A stretch of DNA of 64,000 bases from Nitrosopumilus sp. (GTDB taxonomy: Archaea > Thermoproteota > Nitrososphaeria > Nitrososphaerales > Nitrosopumilaceae). Below are positions 21,530 through 31,317 of this stretch, one piece after another. The notes beneath the pieces are model-generated. The model saw only the letters and a program-made list of their open reading frames with translations. It was not told the DNA's origin and ran no database searches. The DNA lies in contig OZ242186.1 of assembly GCA_965205675.1 (NCBI GenBank), positions 1,248,001-1,312,000 of the forward strand. Direction: 5' to 3'. Position numbers and translations under genes: made by a program. Numbering within the stretch: position 1 is the stretch's first letter; each line of letters opens with the position of its first letter.

Positions 21530-21982
21530 ATGGAAGAAAACAAAGTTAGAATTCATACTCGTATAGATGAGAGTATCAAGGCTCGCTGGGAGTATTTCCT
21601 ATTGTCACATCATCATGCAATTAAAGGCGGATATGGACCTGAATTAGGCAGAGCCATGGAGATGTACATGAATCAATTTGAAAAAATTCCCGAAAATAAT
21701 ATACCGCAAATGAATATGAACAAGACAACACGCGATGGGTTGAGATTGATATGTATTGCATTTAGGGCATTGCCGACATATCCATCCGTTGCACCGCTTG
21801 TTGTGAGGTCAGTCGTGAAAAACAGTCTGTCCAAAAAGGACAATAGAAGTTTTAATGGGTATCTAAAACGTGTAGTTGAACATCTTGAGGACCACACATC
21901 AGATGATGGAACAAAGACAAAGTCTGTGAAGAAATTCTGTGAATATGTTGACCGGCTGCTAAATGAAAATTCTTTGAAATAA
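21530..21982 (+). CDS. RHH-like DNA-binding protein, candidate origin-binding/initiator
   Basis: VRIHTRIDESIKARWEYFLLSHHHAIKGGYGPELGRAMEMYM. Confidence 0.65.
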   Translation: MEENKVRIHTRIDESIKARWEYFLLSHHHAIKGGYGPELGRAMEMYMNQFEKIPENNIPQMNMNKTTRDGLRLICIAFRALPTYPSVAPLVVRSVVKNSLSKKDNRSFNGYLKRVVEHLEDHTSDDGTKTKSVKKFCEYVDRLLNENSLK

Positions 21983-22075
21983 TGTGTTGTGAGACTGATG
22001 TGGCACGTTCTGATGATCTTCTATTAAGACAAATAAAATTGCTGATTCTGCATATTTCAAACAGAAAATCTGTTT

Positions 22076-22867
22076 TTGAACAACATCGTATTACAAGATA
22101 AACAAACTTTGCAAAATCCATACACTAGAAGCTCGATGCTATACTGGCATCCTAAAATAAAACACTTGGATATTCCTCAACCGCAAACGGGGATTATACA
22201 GATTCCACCTGCAAAGTTTGCAGAGCTAATCGATGGCAACTCTACACTGTCTGAATATTCTGAAGAGTTTTCAAAAATTCTAAATTCGTTGGGACCATTT
22301 CCCATTTTCTTGAGAACTGATAACTCTAGCCAAAAGCATTCCTTCAAAAAGACATGCAGATTGCCTGATGAACTGTCTCTGCTTGGACATATTCTGGAAC
22401 TGGTAGATTCCAACATGGCATCAAACATGACAGATAACGCCCTGGTTTTCAGAAAATGGCTTGATCTTGATGCGGGATTTTCAGCCTTTGATGGACTGCC
22501 AATAAATGTGGAGGCGCGGGCATTTATCAATTGCGGCAAAGTACAATGCATTCATCCGTACTGGCCTGAGGGTGCAATACAGCAGTGGTTGGACCGGAGA
22601 GAATTGTCAGGGAGACAATTTGGCAAGAGTATGCCGCACCAAATAAATCCCAGATGGAGGGAAATTCTCAAGTCTCAAAATGATATTGTGATAAAATCAA
22701 AACAAATTCTGGAGAAATACTGCACAATGGTAATTGATGGTATCGGTAGTGATTACTGGTCAGTAGACTTTGCACTTGGCAGAGACGGTACGTGGTATCT
22801 CATTGATATGGCAGCAGGCGAGGTATCGTATCATTGCCATGATTGTGAATTTGTGATGAATAATTAA
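22076..22867 (+). CDS. ATP-grasp protein (R2K/Cdc123-like clade)
   Basis: PIFLRTD..S.KH, LVFRKWL, EARAFI and WSVDFA....WYLIDM. Confidence 0.7.
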   Translation: MNNIVLQDKQTLQNPYTRSSMLYWHPKIKHLDIPQPQTGIIQIPPAKFAELIDGNSTLSEYSEEFSKILNSLGPFPIFLRTDNSSQKHSFKKTCRLPDELSLLGHILELVDSNMASNMTDNALVFRKWLDLDAGFSAFDGLPINVEARAFINCGKVQCIHPYWPEGAIQQWLDRRELSGRQFGKSMPHQINPRWREILKSQNDIVIKSKQILEKYCTMVIDGIGSDYWSVDFALGRDGTWYLIDMAAGEVSYHCHDCEFVMNN

Positions 22868-23314
22868 ATGAAGGTTCTCCAGGTTCCAATTTTACTTTGT
22901 TTCAGGTGCAAAAGAAACTTTACTCCGAAAATTGATACAGATGCTCTGACAGTTGCAATTCCAAAGGCATGTCCACACAGAGACTGCCGTTCTCAGACGT
23001 GGAATGTTCCTGGCGACGAATTAAAAATTATCCGCAAGACTCAGAACCTTAACTTGCTAAATGGTCCCAAACACAAAACAGGAATAAAAAAGTCAGTGCC
23101 AGTACTTGCAGGATATCTGCCAAAAAAGAATGAAAAAGTTCCATTGGTTGTGTGTGTTGACTGTGAGCTGTTCTTCTGCGATGGACCGTCCCTGAAGAGG
23201 CATCAGCATAGACGGCATCACGGCATGTGCAGCAAATGTCATGCCAGTAACGTGTATGTTGCATTGAGGAACGGCAATACGGTTTGCCAAAACTGCGTTG
23301 AACCTGAAAAATAA
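22868..23314 (+). CDS. Multi-zinc-finger protein
   Basis: Several CxxC pairs and a C2H2-like CVDC..LKRHQHRRH. Confidence 0.7.
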   Translation: MKVLQVPILLCFRCKRNFTPKIDTDALTVAIPKACPHRDCRSQTWNVPGDELKIIRKTQNLNLLNGPKHKTGIKKSVPVLAGYLPKKNEKVPLVVCVDCELFFCDGPSLKRHQHRRHHGMCSKCHASNVYVALRNGNTVCQNCVEPEK

Positions 23315-23372
23315 AACGGCGCAAGAAGTGAATCTGTTAATACATATGGCAGATTTTTATTAAAAATTTATC

Positions 23373-23582
23373 ATGGGGTGTCGTGAAACGTGCGATGTAT
23401 ACAAGGCAAAAAAACCATTCATGTCAAGCAGATACTCTAATGGACAAAAGAGATGTTCTACATGCAGTATCTTCATTCATTGGGATGGAGTATTCTGTCC
23501 CTGTTGCAGCATGACTCTGAGAACTGGTCCGCGCAACGCCTCAGACAAGGCACGACTGTTATCAGCCAAACCGAAACCGTAA
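23373..23582 (+). CDS. Small Zn-finger protein of the thaumarchaeal type
   Basis: RYSNGQKRCSTCSIFI.WDG..CPCC..LRT.PR. Confidence 0.75.
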   Translation: MGCRETCDVYKAKKPFMSSRYSNGQKRCSTCSIFIHWDGVFCPCCSMTLRTGPRNASDKARLLSAKPKP

Positions 23583-23644
23583 GGAAAACCAACTAATTTC
23601 TGGTATGTCTTGGCGATATTGAAAAACATCAAAAATCACATAGC

Positions 23645-24088
23645 ATGATATTTTTCGTACCTGACAAAAAATCAGATGATACGCAGCTCTTGGCAATTGC
23701 TGCATATCTGGAGCATACTCATAATATCCCCAAGAGTCAAATCAAAAAAGACTGGTATGTCCTGATAAATCCTAAAAGGCATAATATTTTTGGAATCACC
23801 CAACGTGTCGTTCCAAAACTGGTCCAAATAGATACGATTATCCACAATCCGGACATCATAATACTTGACAAGCATTACAAACTTGCACATATCATTGAGC
23901 TTGACGGTTACTCTCACAAGACACAACAGGGACTGCAAAAAACTGCAAAACGAAACCAGCACTATACACAATCAAAGATACCCTTTACCGTACTTGATGT
24001 TGAGGATTTGAAGCGTATTGGCAAAAGCTGGTTTGAATATATTGATGAGGCACTGCATGAAACCCTCGATTTGATCCAAAATGGATAA
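23645..24088 (+). CDS. PD-(D/E)xK Vsr/DUF559-like endonuclease
   Basis: NPDIII..IIELDGYSH..RNQHY. Confidence 0.7.
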   Translation: MIFFVPDKKSDDTQLLAIAAYLEHTHNIPKSQIKKDWYVLINPKRHNIFGITQRVVPKLVQIDTIIHNPDIIILDKHYKLAHIIELDGYSHKTQQGLQKTAKRNQHYTQSKIPFTVLDVEDLKRIGKSWFEYIDEALHETLDLIQNG

Positions 24089-24320
24089 TTCCACCAAAAA
24101 TCACTTTGTCTGTTGCGAAATTACAATGGATTGTCATATACAAGCAAAGACTATTTCTGAGGTCGTGAGCATGATAAAAGAAGCAACCAAAGTTTGCAGA
24201 ATCTGATAAAAGAGCAGTCAAAAAAACATTTGCAGTATAGTTTTTTTGGATTATTGAAATGACTGTCGTTTCCATTTGTAATGGTAAACATGACTGCCGT
24301 AAAATCCTGTATGGCATTGC

Positions 24321-24719
24321 ATGACTGACTGCAAGCGCTGCAAGACTGTTATTTATTTTGAGAATAATCGCTGCTTTGATGCCAATGGCATACCTCATGA
24401 CATCAGAGTGTGCAGTACCATTCCAAATCATGTGTGGTGTCCCCTACACCGAGAATTATTTTCTCAAAAAGAACCGTGTACGCACTATGGTAAATACGGA
24501 TATGAGCCTGGACAGAACGAGGAATTTTTCATTGCTTTGATCTATCAGAACTATTCGAAAGGTGACTGGTTTCTCAGAAGACACAAAACTTTCAGAGGTC
24601 CCATGAAAAAATCTGTCTGCAAAAAATGCAGTACTCCAATACACAACATGAGTGAGAGACAGCAGGTCTTGCATGAAAAAATACATCTCAGTCAAAACTC
24701 GCTTGGAGAGTTTTTTTAG
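24321..24719 (+). CDS. Cys/His-rich hypothetical protein
   Basis: CKRC, H..C and CKKC..HEKIH. Confidence 0.55.
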   Translation: MTDCKRCKTVIYFENNRCFDANGIPHDIRVCSTIPNHVWCPLHRELFSQKEPCTHYGKYGYEPGQNEEFFIALIYQNYSKGDWFLRRHKTFRGPMKKSVCKKCSTPIHNMSERQQVLHEKIHLSQNSLGEFF

Positions 24720-24763
24720 ATTTTCTGCACGGCTGTCTTTTTAATTAGACATATCTAAGACCT

Positions 24764-25693
24764 TTGGAATTTTCTGAAATATTTCTCTCAGAAGAGTTTT
24801 TAGCTGCACTTGTAATATTGTGTTTGATAGTTGTAATGAGTGATAAGACAGGAAACCGAGTTAAGATTGTTACTGCTATAATCTCCGCAATCGCCACGAT
24901 ATTCATTGCATTTCAAAGCAAGTTTATCGGTATTGATGCAATAACGGCATTGTATGAGGATGACCCAGATCACATACTGTTTAGTGTATTTGAAATAGTC
25001 GCATCCGTTTCATTTGGCATATTTTTAATTCTGGCGATGGTCCCCGGCACGATGCTGCTGTTTTTTGTAATTGACAGAACAAGGGATAGAATTAAAACAA
25101 ACAGTCTTTCTGTGTCGTTGCAAGACGAATCAAAACTGTTTCCTGGTGGGGTGTTGTACCTTGATGTAAAGTATACCGGTCGCATGTACATGGGTTATTT
25201 TACTGCTGATATCATTACACCTTTTGATGAGTATTCAGTAAAATCAAAGCATTACAACAGCACAAAACAGTCTGGCACGCTTTGGGGGCGGAACAATGAT
25301 ACTTTTGGGTTAAAATGTGAGATACCTGATAATTTCAAACCTGACAGATGCAAAGTTCTCATAAAAGCCAAATGTACAATGAAAATATTTGGAATTTTCT
25401 TACCAGTACAGTACACCATTCAAGAACAAGAGTTGGAATGTACAATTTGTGACGTTTTATCAAATACTGAGGAAAAATTATGCGCTTACGTTGATGAAAA
25501 AATAGTATCGGTCAACAAGAGGACAGATACACTTGATGAAAAAATGAATAAAAGATTTGACGTGCTGGAAGAAAAGATTGAAAAATTACATGATATGATT
25601 TTAGATGAACCGCTGAGATCCCTTAAGATAAGATACGCAAAAGGGTATATTACACGCGATGAATTCCTGTGGATCAAAAATGATTTACTCTAG
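24764..25693 (+). CDS. Membrane protein with coiled coil and C-terminal SHOCT domain
   Basis: Three TM helices; PLRSLKIRYAKGYITRDEF. Confidence 0.7.
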   Translation: MEFSEIFLSEEFLAALVILCLIVVMSDKTGNRVKIVTAIISAIATIFIAFQSKFIGIDAITALYEDDPDHILFSVFEIVASVSFGIFLILAMVPGTMLLFFVIDRTRDRIKTNSLSVSLQDESKLFPGGVLYLDVKYTGRMYMGYFTADIITPFDEYSVKSKHYNSTKQSGTLWGRNNDTFGLKCEIPDNFKPDRCKVLIKAKCTMKIFGIFLPVQYTIQEQELECTICDVLSNTEEKLCAYVDEKIVSVNKRTDTLDEKMNKRFDVLEEKIEKLHDMILDEPLRSLKIRYAKGYITRDEFLWIKNDLL

Positions 25694-25738
25694 TCTGCAC
25701 ACGTCTTTTTGAAAATGACTCATTTGATAATTATAATG

Positions 25739-25805
25739 TGGACCTGCTGAGAGTTGAAATCCCAATCTCCTGGTTTTCAAGTAGGTTATGTCAGGCGCGC
25801 CAATC
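25739..25805 (-). pseudogene. Degenerate tRNA remnant lacking its 5' end, possible att relic
   Basis: Minus strand reads GCGCCTGACATAA..CCAGGAGAT..TTCAACTCTCAGCAGGTCCA, matching an anticodon stem, T loop and 3' acceptor strand. Confidence 0.4.
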
Positions 25806-25827
25806 TCTTTTTTATCACATTCAAATG
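25793..25827 (+). repeat. 35-bp direct repeat, left copy
   Basis: AGGCGCGCCAATCTCTTTTTTATCACATTCAAATG, identical at 30838-30872. Confidence 0.95.
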
Positions 25828-25911
25828 TATATATTAAATATTTTCTGAAAATGCATCAAATCTCTAAAAACTAATATGAGCTGAAGAGTAAACGCCCATT
25901 GTATGACTGAA

Positions 25912-25971
25912 CATTCCTTCTCATTCCTTCTCATTCCTTCTCATTCCTTCTCATTCCTTCTCATTCCTTCT
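25912..25971 (+). repeat. 10-bp tandem repeat x6
   Basis: (CATTCCTTCT)6 about 200 bp upstream of mod. Confidence 0.95.
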
Positions 25972-26175
25972 ATTATGATGGTATCAAGGGCAGTACCTGC
26001 CCATGAATGTGTCAAAGACCCTAGAGATACAACTCTTAAAACACCCCTCTAAAACAAAACCCGAATCTCAAGAAAACAAAAATTATCATTTACTTGCAAA
26101 TCCTATACTTTTAGATTTGAGATTCCAAAGAATTCTCCAATTCTGCATATACAAAATGATTTTGGATAGAACAAA

Positions 26176-28113
26176 ATGACTGTAAGAGTATCTAGAGAAT
26201 CCTCCGATATCGTGAAAGGAAAAATTCAAATTCTGAAACAAATAATTCCAGAATGTTTTACAGAAGGGACTCTCGATATTGAGAAATTAAAGAATACTGT
26301 TGGTCAAACCTTGGACTCTAATGATGAAAAATATACTCTGAATTGGGCAGGACGTAACGATACTTTCAAAAATATACAAATACCTATAAGGGATACTCTT
26401 GTACCAAACAAAAACGAATCTGTGAAATTTGATGATACAGAAAATATTTTCATTGAAGGAGAGAATCTTGAAGTTTTAAAGTTATTACAAAGATCATATT
26501 TTGGTAAAATCAAAATGATTTACATTGACCCGCCATACAACACAGGAAAAGATCTTATCTATAAAGATAATTTTCATGAAGATATATCCGAATATTTGAA
26601 AGAAACAGGACAGTCAAAAGATGGAATAAAATTAACTACAAATCCAGAAACATCTGGGCGTTTTCATTCGGATTGGATTTCTTCTATGTACGCACGATTG
26701 TTTATAGCTAGAGATTTACTGACAGATGATGGTGTGATTTTTGTATCGATTGACGATAAAGAAGTTCATAATTTAAAACTAATAATGAATGAAATCTTTG
26801 GCGAAGAAAATTTTATTACGAATATAATTTGGGAGGGTGGCTTGAAGAATGATTCAACATTTTTTTCAATTTCTCACGATCATATTTTATGCTATGTGAA
26901 AAATCAATCTTTATTAAAAAATAATAAAACAAAATGGAGGTTAGAGAAAAAAGGTATTGATTCAATATATGAGCAAGTAAAAAAATTAAATGAAAATAGT
27001 TCTAATCATCAAATACTCTCAAAAGAATTAAAGAAATGGTATGGGGAATTAGATAAAAACGATCCAGCGTGGAAACATAGACATTATGATGACATTGATG
27101 AAAACGGTGTTTTTTTTGGAGGTGATATATCTTGGCCGGGAAGCGGAGGGCCAAGATATGACGTAATTCATCCAAAAACAAGAAAACCAGTAAAAATTCC
27201 AAGATCGGGATGGAGATATTCTAAACAAGAAAAAATGAATCAGCAAATTAGAGATAATAAAATTCAATTTGGCATAGATGAAACTACTGTTCCAAAAATA
27301 AAACGATATTTGCATGAAACTGAAGGTCAAGTGTACCCAAGTGTAATCTATAAAGATAGACGTGCTGCAAAACAAACACTTGATAGATTATTTCATACAG
27401 ACATATTTGATGATCCAAAAGACGTAAATGTTATTAAAGATTTAATTCGTTTAATTACAGAACGCGATGACATCATCCTAGATTTCTTTGCGGGTTCTGG
27501 AACTACTGCACATGCAGTCATGGAATTAAATAAAGATGATGAAGGAAATAGAAAATTTATTTGTATTCAAATACCAGAAATAATAATTGATAAACCAAAA
27601 AACAAATCTACACGAGACTTCTTAAAACAAATAAAAAAACCCATTAATATCGCTGAAATATGCAAAGAAAGAATAAGACGTGTCATCAAAAATATAGATC
27701 CAAACTCAGATTTGGATCTGGGTTTTAAAGTATTCAAACTTGCAAAATCCAATTACAAGATATGGGAAAATTATCTAGGTAAGGATGAAAAAGAATTGGA
27801 AAAACAAATTAAATTGTTTGAATCTCCTCTAATAGAGAAATATACAGATGAAGATGTGATATACGAATGTATTATTAAAGAAGGATATAATTTCAACAGT
27901 AAAATTGAAAAATTAAAAATAAAATCAAATACAGTATACAAAATTACGGATACGACTAATTCATTTTATATCTGTCTTGACAAAACAATTACAGATGATA
28001 TTATCAAAGAAGTAAAGATAATTAATAATGATATCTTGATTTGTATTGATGCGGCACTTGATGATAGTCAAAAAACAAATCTGTCCAATCAGTGCAATCT
28101 AAAAACACTTTAG
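26176..28113 (+). CDS. mod: Type III R-M methyltransferase
   Basis: IEGENLEVLK, IYIDPPYNTG, LDFFAGSGTTAHAV and DLGFKVFKL. Confidence 0.96.
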   Translation: MTVRVSRESSDIVKGKIQILKQIIPECFTEGTLDIEKLKNTVGQTLDSNDEKYTLNWAGRNDTFKNIQIPIRDTLVPNKNESVKFDDTENIFIEGENLEVLKLLQRSYFGKIKMIYIDPPYNTGKDLIYKDNFHEDISEYLKETGQSKDGIKLTTNPETSGRFHSDWISSMYARLFIARDLLTDDGVIFVSIDDKEVHNLKLIMNEIFGEENFITNIIWEGGLKNDSTFFSISHDHILCYVKNQSLLKNNKTKWRLEKKGIDSIYEQVKKLNENSSNHQILSKELKKWYGELDKNDPAWKHRHYDDIDENGVFFGGDISWPGSGGPRYDVIHPKTRKPVKIPRSGWRYSKQEKMNQQIRDNKIQFGIDETTVPKIKRYLHETEGQVYPSVIYKDRRAAKQTLDRLFHTDIFDDPKDVNVIKDLIRLITERDDIILDFFAGSGTTAHAVMELNKDDEGNRKFICIQIPEIIIDKPKNKSTRDFLKQIKKPINIAEICKERIRRVIKNIDPNSDLDLGFKVFKLAKSNYKIWENYLGKDEKELEKQIKLFESPLIEKYTDEDVIYECIIKEGYNFNSKIEKLKIKSNTVYKITDTTNSFYICLDKTITDDIIKEVKIINNDILICIDAALDDSQKTNLSNQCNLKTL

Positions 28114-28118
28114 GCTAT

Positions 28119-30701
28119 ATGATGGAACTGAAATTTCAAAGCAATTTAGATTTTCAGTTAGATGCAATAAATTCTACTGTAGATATTTTTGAATCCCAAG
28201 AATTTACTCGAGAATCATTTGCCTTGATCTCAGAAAATGGGGTAATTCCAAACAAACTTGATTTGACACAAGAACAAATCTTAGCAAATATCAATAAAAT
28301 CCAAAAAAGTAACAATATCGCACCAACCAATGAACTAAATGGAATGAACTTTTCAATAGAGATGGAAACCGGAACTGGTAAAACCTATGTGTATATCAGA
28401 ACCGTTTTTGAATTATATCAAAATTATGGATTCAAAAAATTCATTGTGATTGTTCCTTCAATAGCAATAAAAGAAGGTGTTCTTAAAACCTTGGAAATTA
28501 CCAAAAAACATCTTAAGGAAATCTATGCAAATACACCTTATAGTTACTACGAGTACGATTCAAAAAAAATCAACCTAATAAGACAATTTTCCAGATCAAA
28601 TAAAATAGAAATTATGATTATGACAATTGATTCATTTAACAAAGACATCAACATAATGAACCAACAAAGAGACAATCTTTATGGAGAAAAACCAGTAGAT
28701 CTTGTTAATAAAACTCAACCCATTCTGCTTTTGGATGAACCGCAAAACATGGAAAGTGACACTGCCAAGCAGGCAATTTCTAATTTGAATCCTTTGTTCA
28801 CCCTGAGGTATTCTGCAACTCATAAAAATTATTACAATCTGATATATCGATTAACCCCAGTTGATGCTTATCAGAAAAACCTTGTAAAGAAGATTGATGT
28901 AATGTCTGTTCTCAAGGAAGGTGATTTTAACAATGTTTTTATCCGTTGCGTCAAAATCATAGCAGAAAAGAAAGGAATTAAGACAAAACTGTTGCTAAAT
29001 AAAAAACTAGTAAATGGGTACAAGGCGACAGAAATGATTCTAAAATATGGAGAATGTCTTGCTCAGAAAACACACAATTCAGAGTATGATGGATTTATAG
29101 TAACTGAAATCAACGCAAGACACAACTTTGTTAAATTTTCAAATGGTATTAAGATTGGATTAGGAGAAGAACAAGGAGGAGACAGAAAAGAACTCATGCA
29201 CATGCAAATAGAGCACACAATTCAAGAGCATTTTGAAAAATTTCTTATATTAAAACCACTTGGAATCAAACCGCTTTCATTGTTTTTCGTAGATAGCGTT
29301 GATAATTATCTTGCAAGAGATGGATTCATCAGAAAATCATTTGAAAAGTCTTTTGAAAAACTCAAAAAACAATACCGCGACTTTGAGAATATCGATGCCA
29401 AAGATATTCACTCAGGTTACTTTTCAAAACTAAAATCCGAAAAAGGGATGCAACAAGACAAAGACACTTTTGATCTGATCATGAGAGATAAGGAACGATT
29501 ACTGTCATTTGATGAACCTATACAGTTTATTTTTTCACACTCTGCACTGCGGGAAGGTTGGGATAATCCCAACGTGTTTAACATTTGTACTCTGAATCAA
29601 ACTATTTCGGGAATCAAAAAACGACAAGAAATTGGAAGGGGTATGAGATTGCCGGTAAATCAAGAAGGAGATCGTCTTTATGGCGATCAGAATATTTTGA
29701 CTGTAATTGCAAATGAAAACTATGCAAATTATGCATCAAGACTACAGACGGAGTATGAAGAAGATTATGGTGCAGGTAGTTCTCCTGATATTCATAATAG
29801 AAAAAAGCGAACCGTGCTAAAACTAAAGAAGGGATTCAAACTCAATCCGGAATTTCAAGAACTTTGGAGACGCGTCTCTAAAAAAACAAAATATGCCATA
29901 AAACTAGATACTGGAAAATTAATTGATTCGTGTGTTTCTGAGATAGAGTCAAGTGTATCAGTAGATTCAATTAACATCCACATTACAACAGCATCCCTGG
30001 CATTGTCTGAAAACCAATCTCATTACAAAGTAGAGACGGATGTTTTAGGTACTGAAAGACCCCCAATCAAAAAGGATTTCCCGATACCTGATATTATAGA
30101 GCAGTTAAGCGATGAAACAAAACTAACCCGTTCTACAATTGTAAATATTCTAACAAAAATCAACAACTTGAATCTTGTATTTGCAAACCCTCAGTCATTC
30201 TTACTATCTGTTTCTCATATCATTAAAGAAAAACTAGCTGACTTTCTTGTAGATGGTGTACAATATTTGGAAGTAGATGATTATTACAAAATGGAATTAT
30301 TTCAAGACATTCTTACTTATGAAGATACAATTATTCCTGTGAAGCATTCAATTTATGACAAAATAGTCTGGGATTCAAAAATTGAAGAAAAATTTGCCAA
30401 TGACCTAAATGAAATGAATAATATCAAGCTCTTCATAAAATTACCTAACTGGTTTGTAATTGATACTCCCATTGGGAACTATAATCCTGATTGGGCAGTT
30501 GTCATAGAGGATGTTGATTCGCACAGAAGATCTAGAGAGAGATTGTATTTTGTAACTGAAACCAAGGCAATTCCAAATCTTAATGAATTAAGACCTAATG
30601 AAAAGAAAAAGATATCATGTGGAAAAAAACACTTTGGAAAAATCAATGTTACATATCATGTTGCCACCAGTGTTGATAAATTACTGCAAAAACTTGCTTG
30701 A
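28119..30701 (+). CDS. res: Type III restriction enzyme Res subunit
   Basis: EMETGTGKT, LDEPQ, RYSATH, LREGWDNPNVF, QEIGRGMR and YNPDWA..ETK. Confidence 0.96.
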   Translation: MMELKFQSNLDFQLDAINSTVDIFESQEFTRESFALISENGVIPNKLDLTQEQILANINKIQKSNNIAPTNELNGMNFSIEMETGTGKTYVYIRTVFELYQNYGFKKFIVIVPSIAIKEGVLKTLEITKKHLKEIYANTPYSYYEYDSKKINLIRQFSRSNKIEIMIMTIDSFNKDINIMNQQRDNLYGEKPVDLVNKTQPILLLDEPQNMESDTAKQAISNLNPLFTLRYSATHKNYYNLIYRLTPVDAYQKNLVKKIDVMSVLKEGDFNNVFIRCVKIIAEKKGIKTKLLLNKKLVNGYKATEMILKYGECLAQKTHNSEYDGFIVTEINARHNFVKFSNGIKIGLGEEQGGDRKELMHMQIEHTIQEHFEKFLILKPLGIKPLSLFFVDSVDNYLARDGFIRKSFEKSFEKLKKQYRDFENIDAKDIHSGYFSKLKSEKGMQQDKDTFDLIMRDKERLLSFDEPIQFIFSHSALREGWDNPNVFNICTLNQTISGIKKRQEIGRGMRLPVNQEGDRLYGDQNILTVIANENYANYASRLQTEYEEDYGAGSSPDIHNRKKRTVLKLKKGFKLNPEFQELWRRVSKKTKYAIKLDTGKLIDSCVSEIESSVSVDSINIHITTASLALSENQSHYKVETDVLGTERPPIKKDFPIPDIIEQLSDETKLTRSTIVNILTKINNLNLVFANPQSFLLSVSHIIKEKLADFLVDGVQYLEVDDYYKMELFQDILTYEDTIIPVKHSIYDKIVWDSKIEEKFANDLNEMNNIKLFIKLPNWFVIDTPIGNYNPDWAVVIEDVDSHRRSRERLYFVTETKAIPNLNELRPNEKKKISCGKKHFGKINVTYHVATSVDKLLQKLA

Positions 30702-30837
30702 TTGTATAAAAAAAATCTAAAAAAAATTCAAACGAATTCACATTTGACACGCAAAAACAGATGCATAGATCTGAATATGTTACTAGATTTGATAAATAAT
30801 GAATGCTAATAAGATTAGTTCTTACTTGGGTTATCCT

Positions 30838-30872
30838 AGGCGCGCCAATCTCTTTTTTATCACATTCAAATG
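30838..30872 (+). repeat. 35-bp direct repeat, right copy
   Basis: Identical to 25793-25827. Confidence 0.95.
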
Positions 30873-31317
30873 AAATGTTGGGATAAAGGATTGCCAGTAC
30901 AGAAGACTAGAGCGTCTGCAAATATGTCATACTATGAATTTTTTAAAATACCCGAAAAATGTCGCGGTTTTGAGTTTGTTGAAAAGTGGTGTGTGTGCCC
31001 TCTGTGTGAAATCAGAGTTCAGTTGTGCCGCATAGGAATGCTAAATGATTTCATCTATGGGTATGAGAGATGTTCTGTATGTTTTGTAAAAATACCGTTG
31101 CCAAAATATATCACATCATTTCTAAAAAAACAATCAAGTACAAAAAACCAAAAGACCCTGTCTTGTTTTTAGACTGGAAATTCCACATCATTTGATATGC
31201 CAAGAGACATGATATGCGCTCTGAGAACTTTGAGATGGGATATCCAAAAAGAACATGCAAGAACATCAAAAAACTTTTTGGCATATGATTTCTTTGCAAC
31301 CTTACAGGTAAGGGACT

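Noticed and set aside
359-25693. Left arm as a provirus
   Set aside because: The small-gene layout is virus-like, but no capsid, portal, terminase or packaging ATPase was recognised. This is not excluded outside the window.
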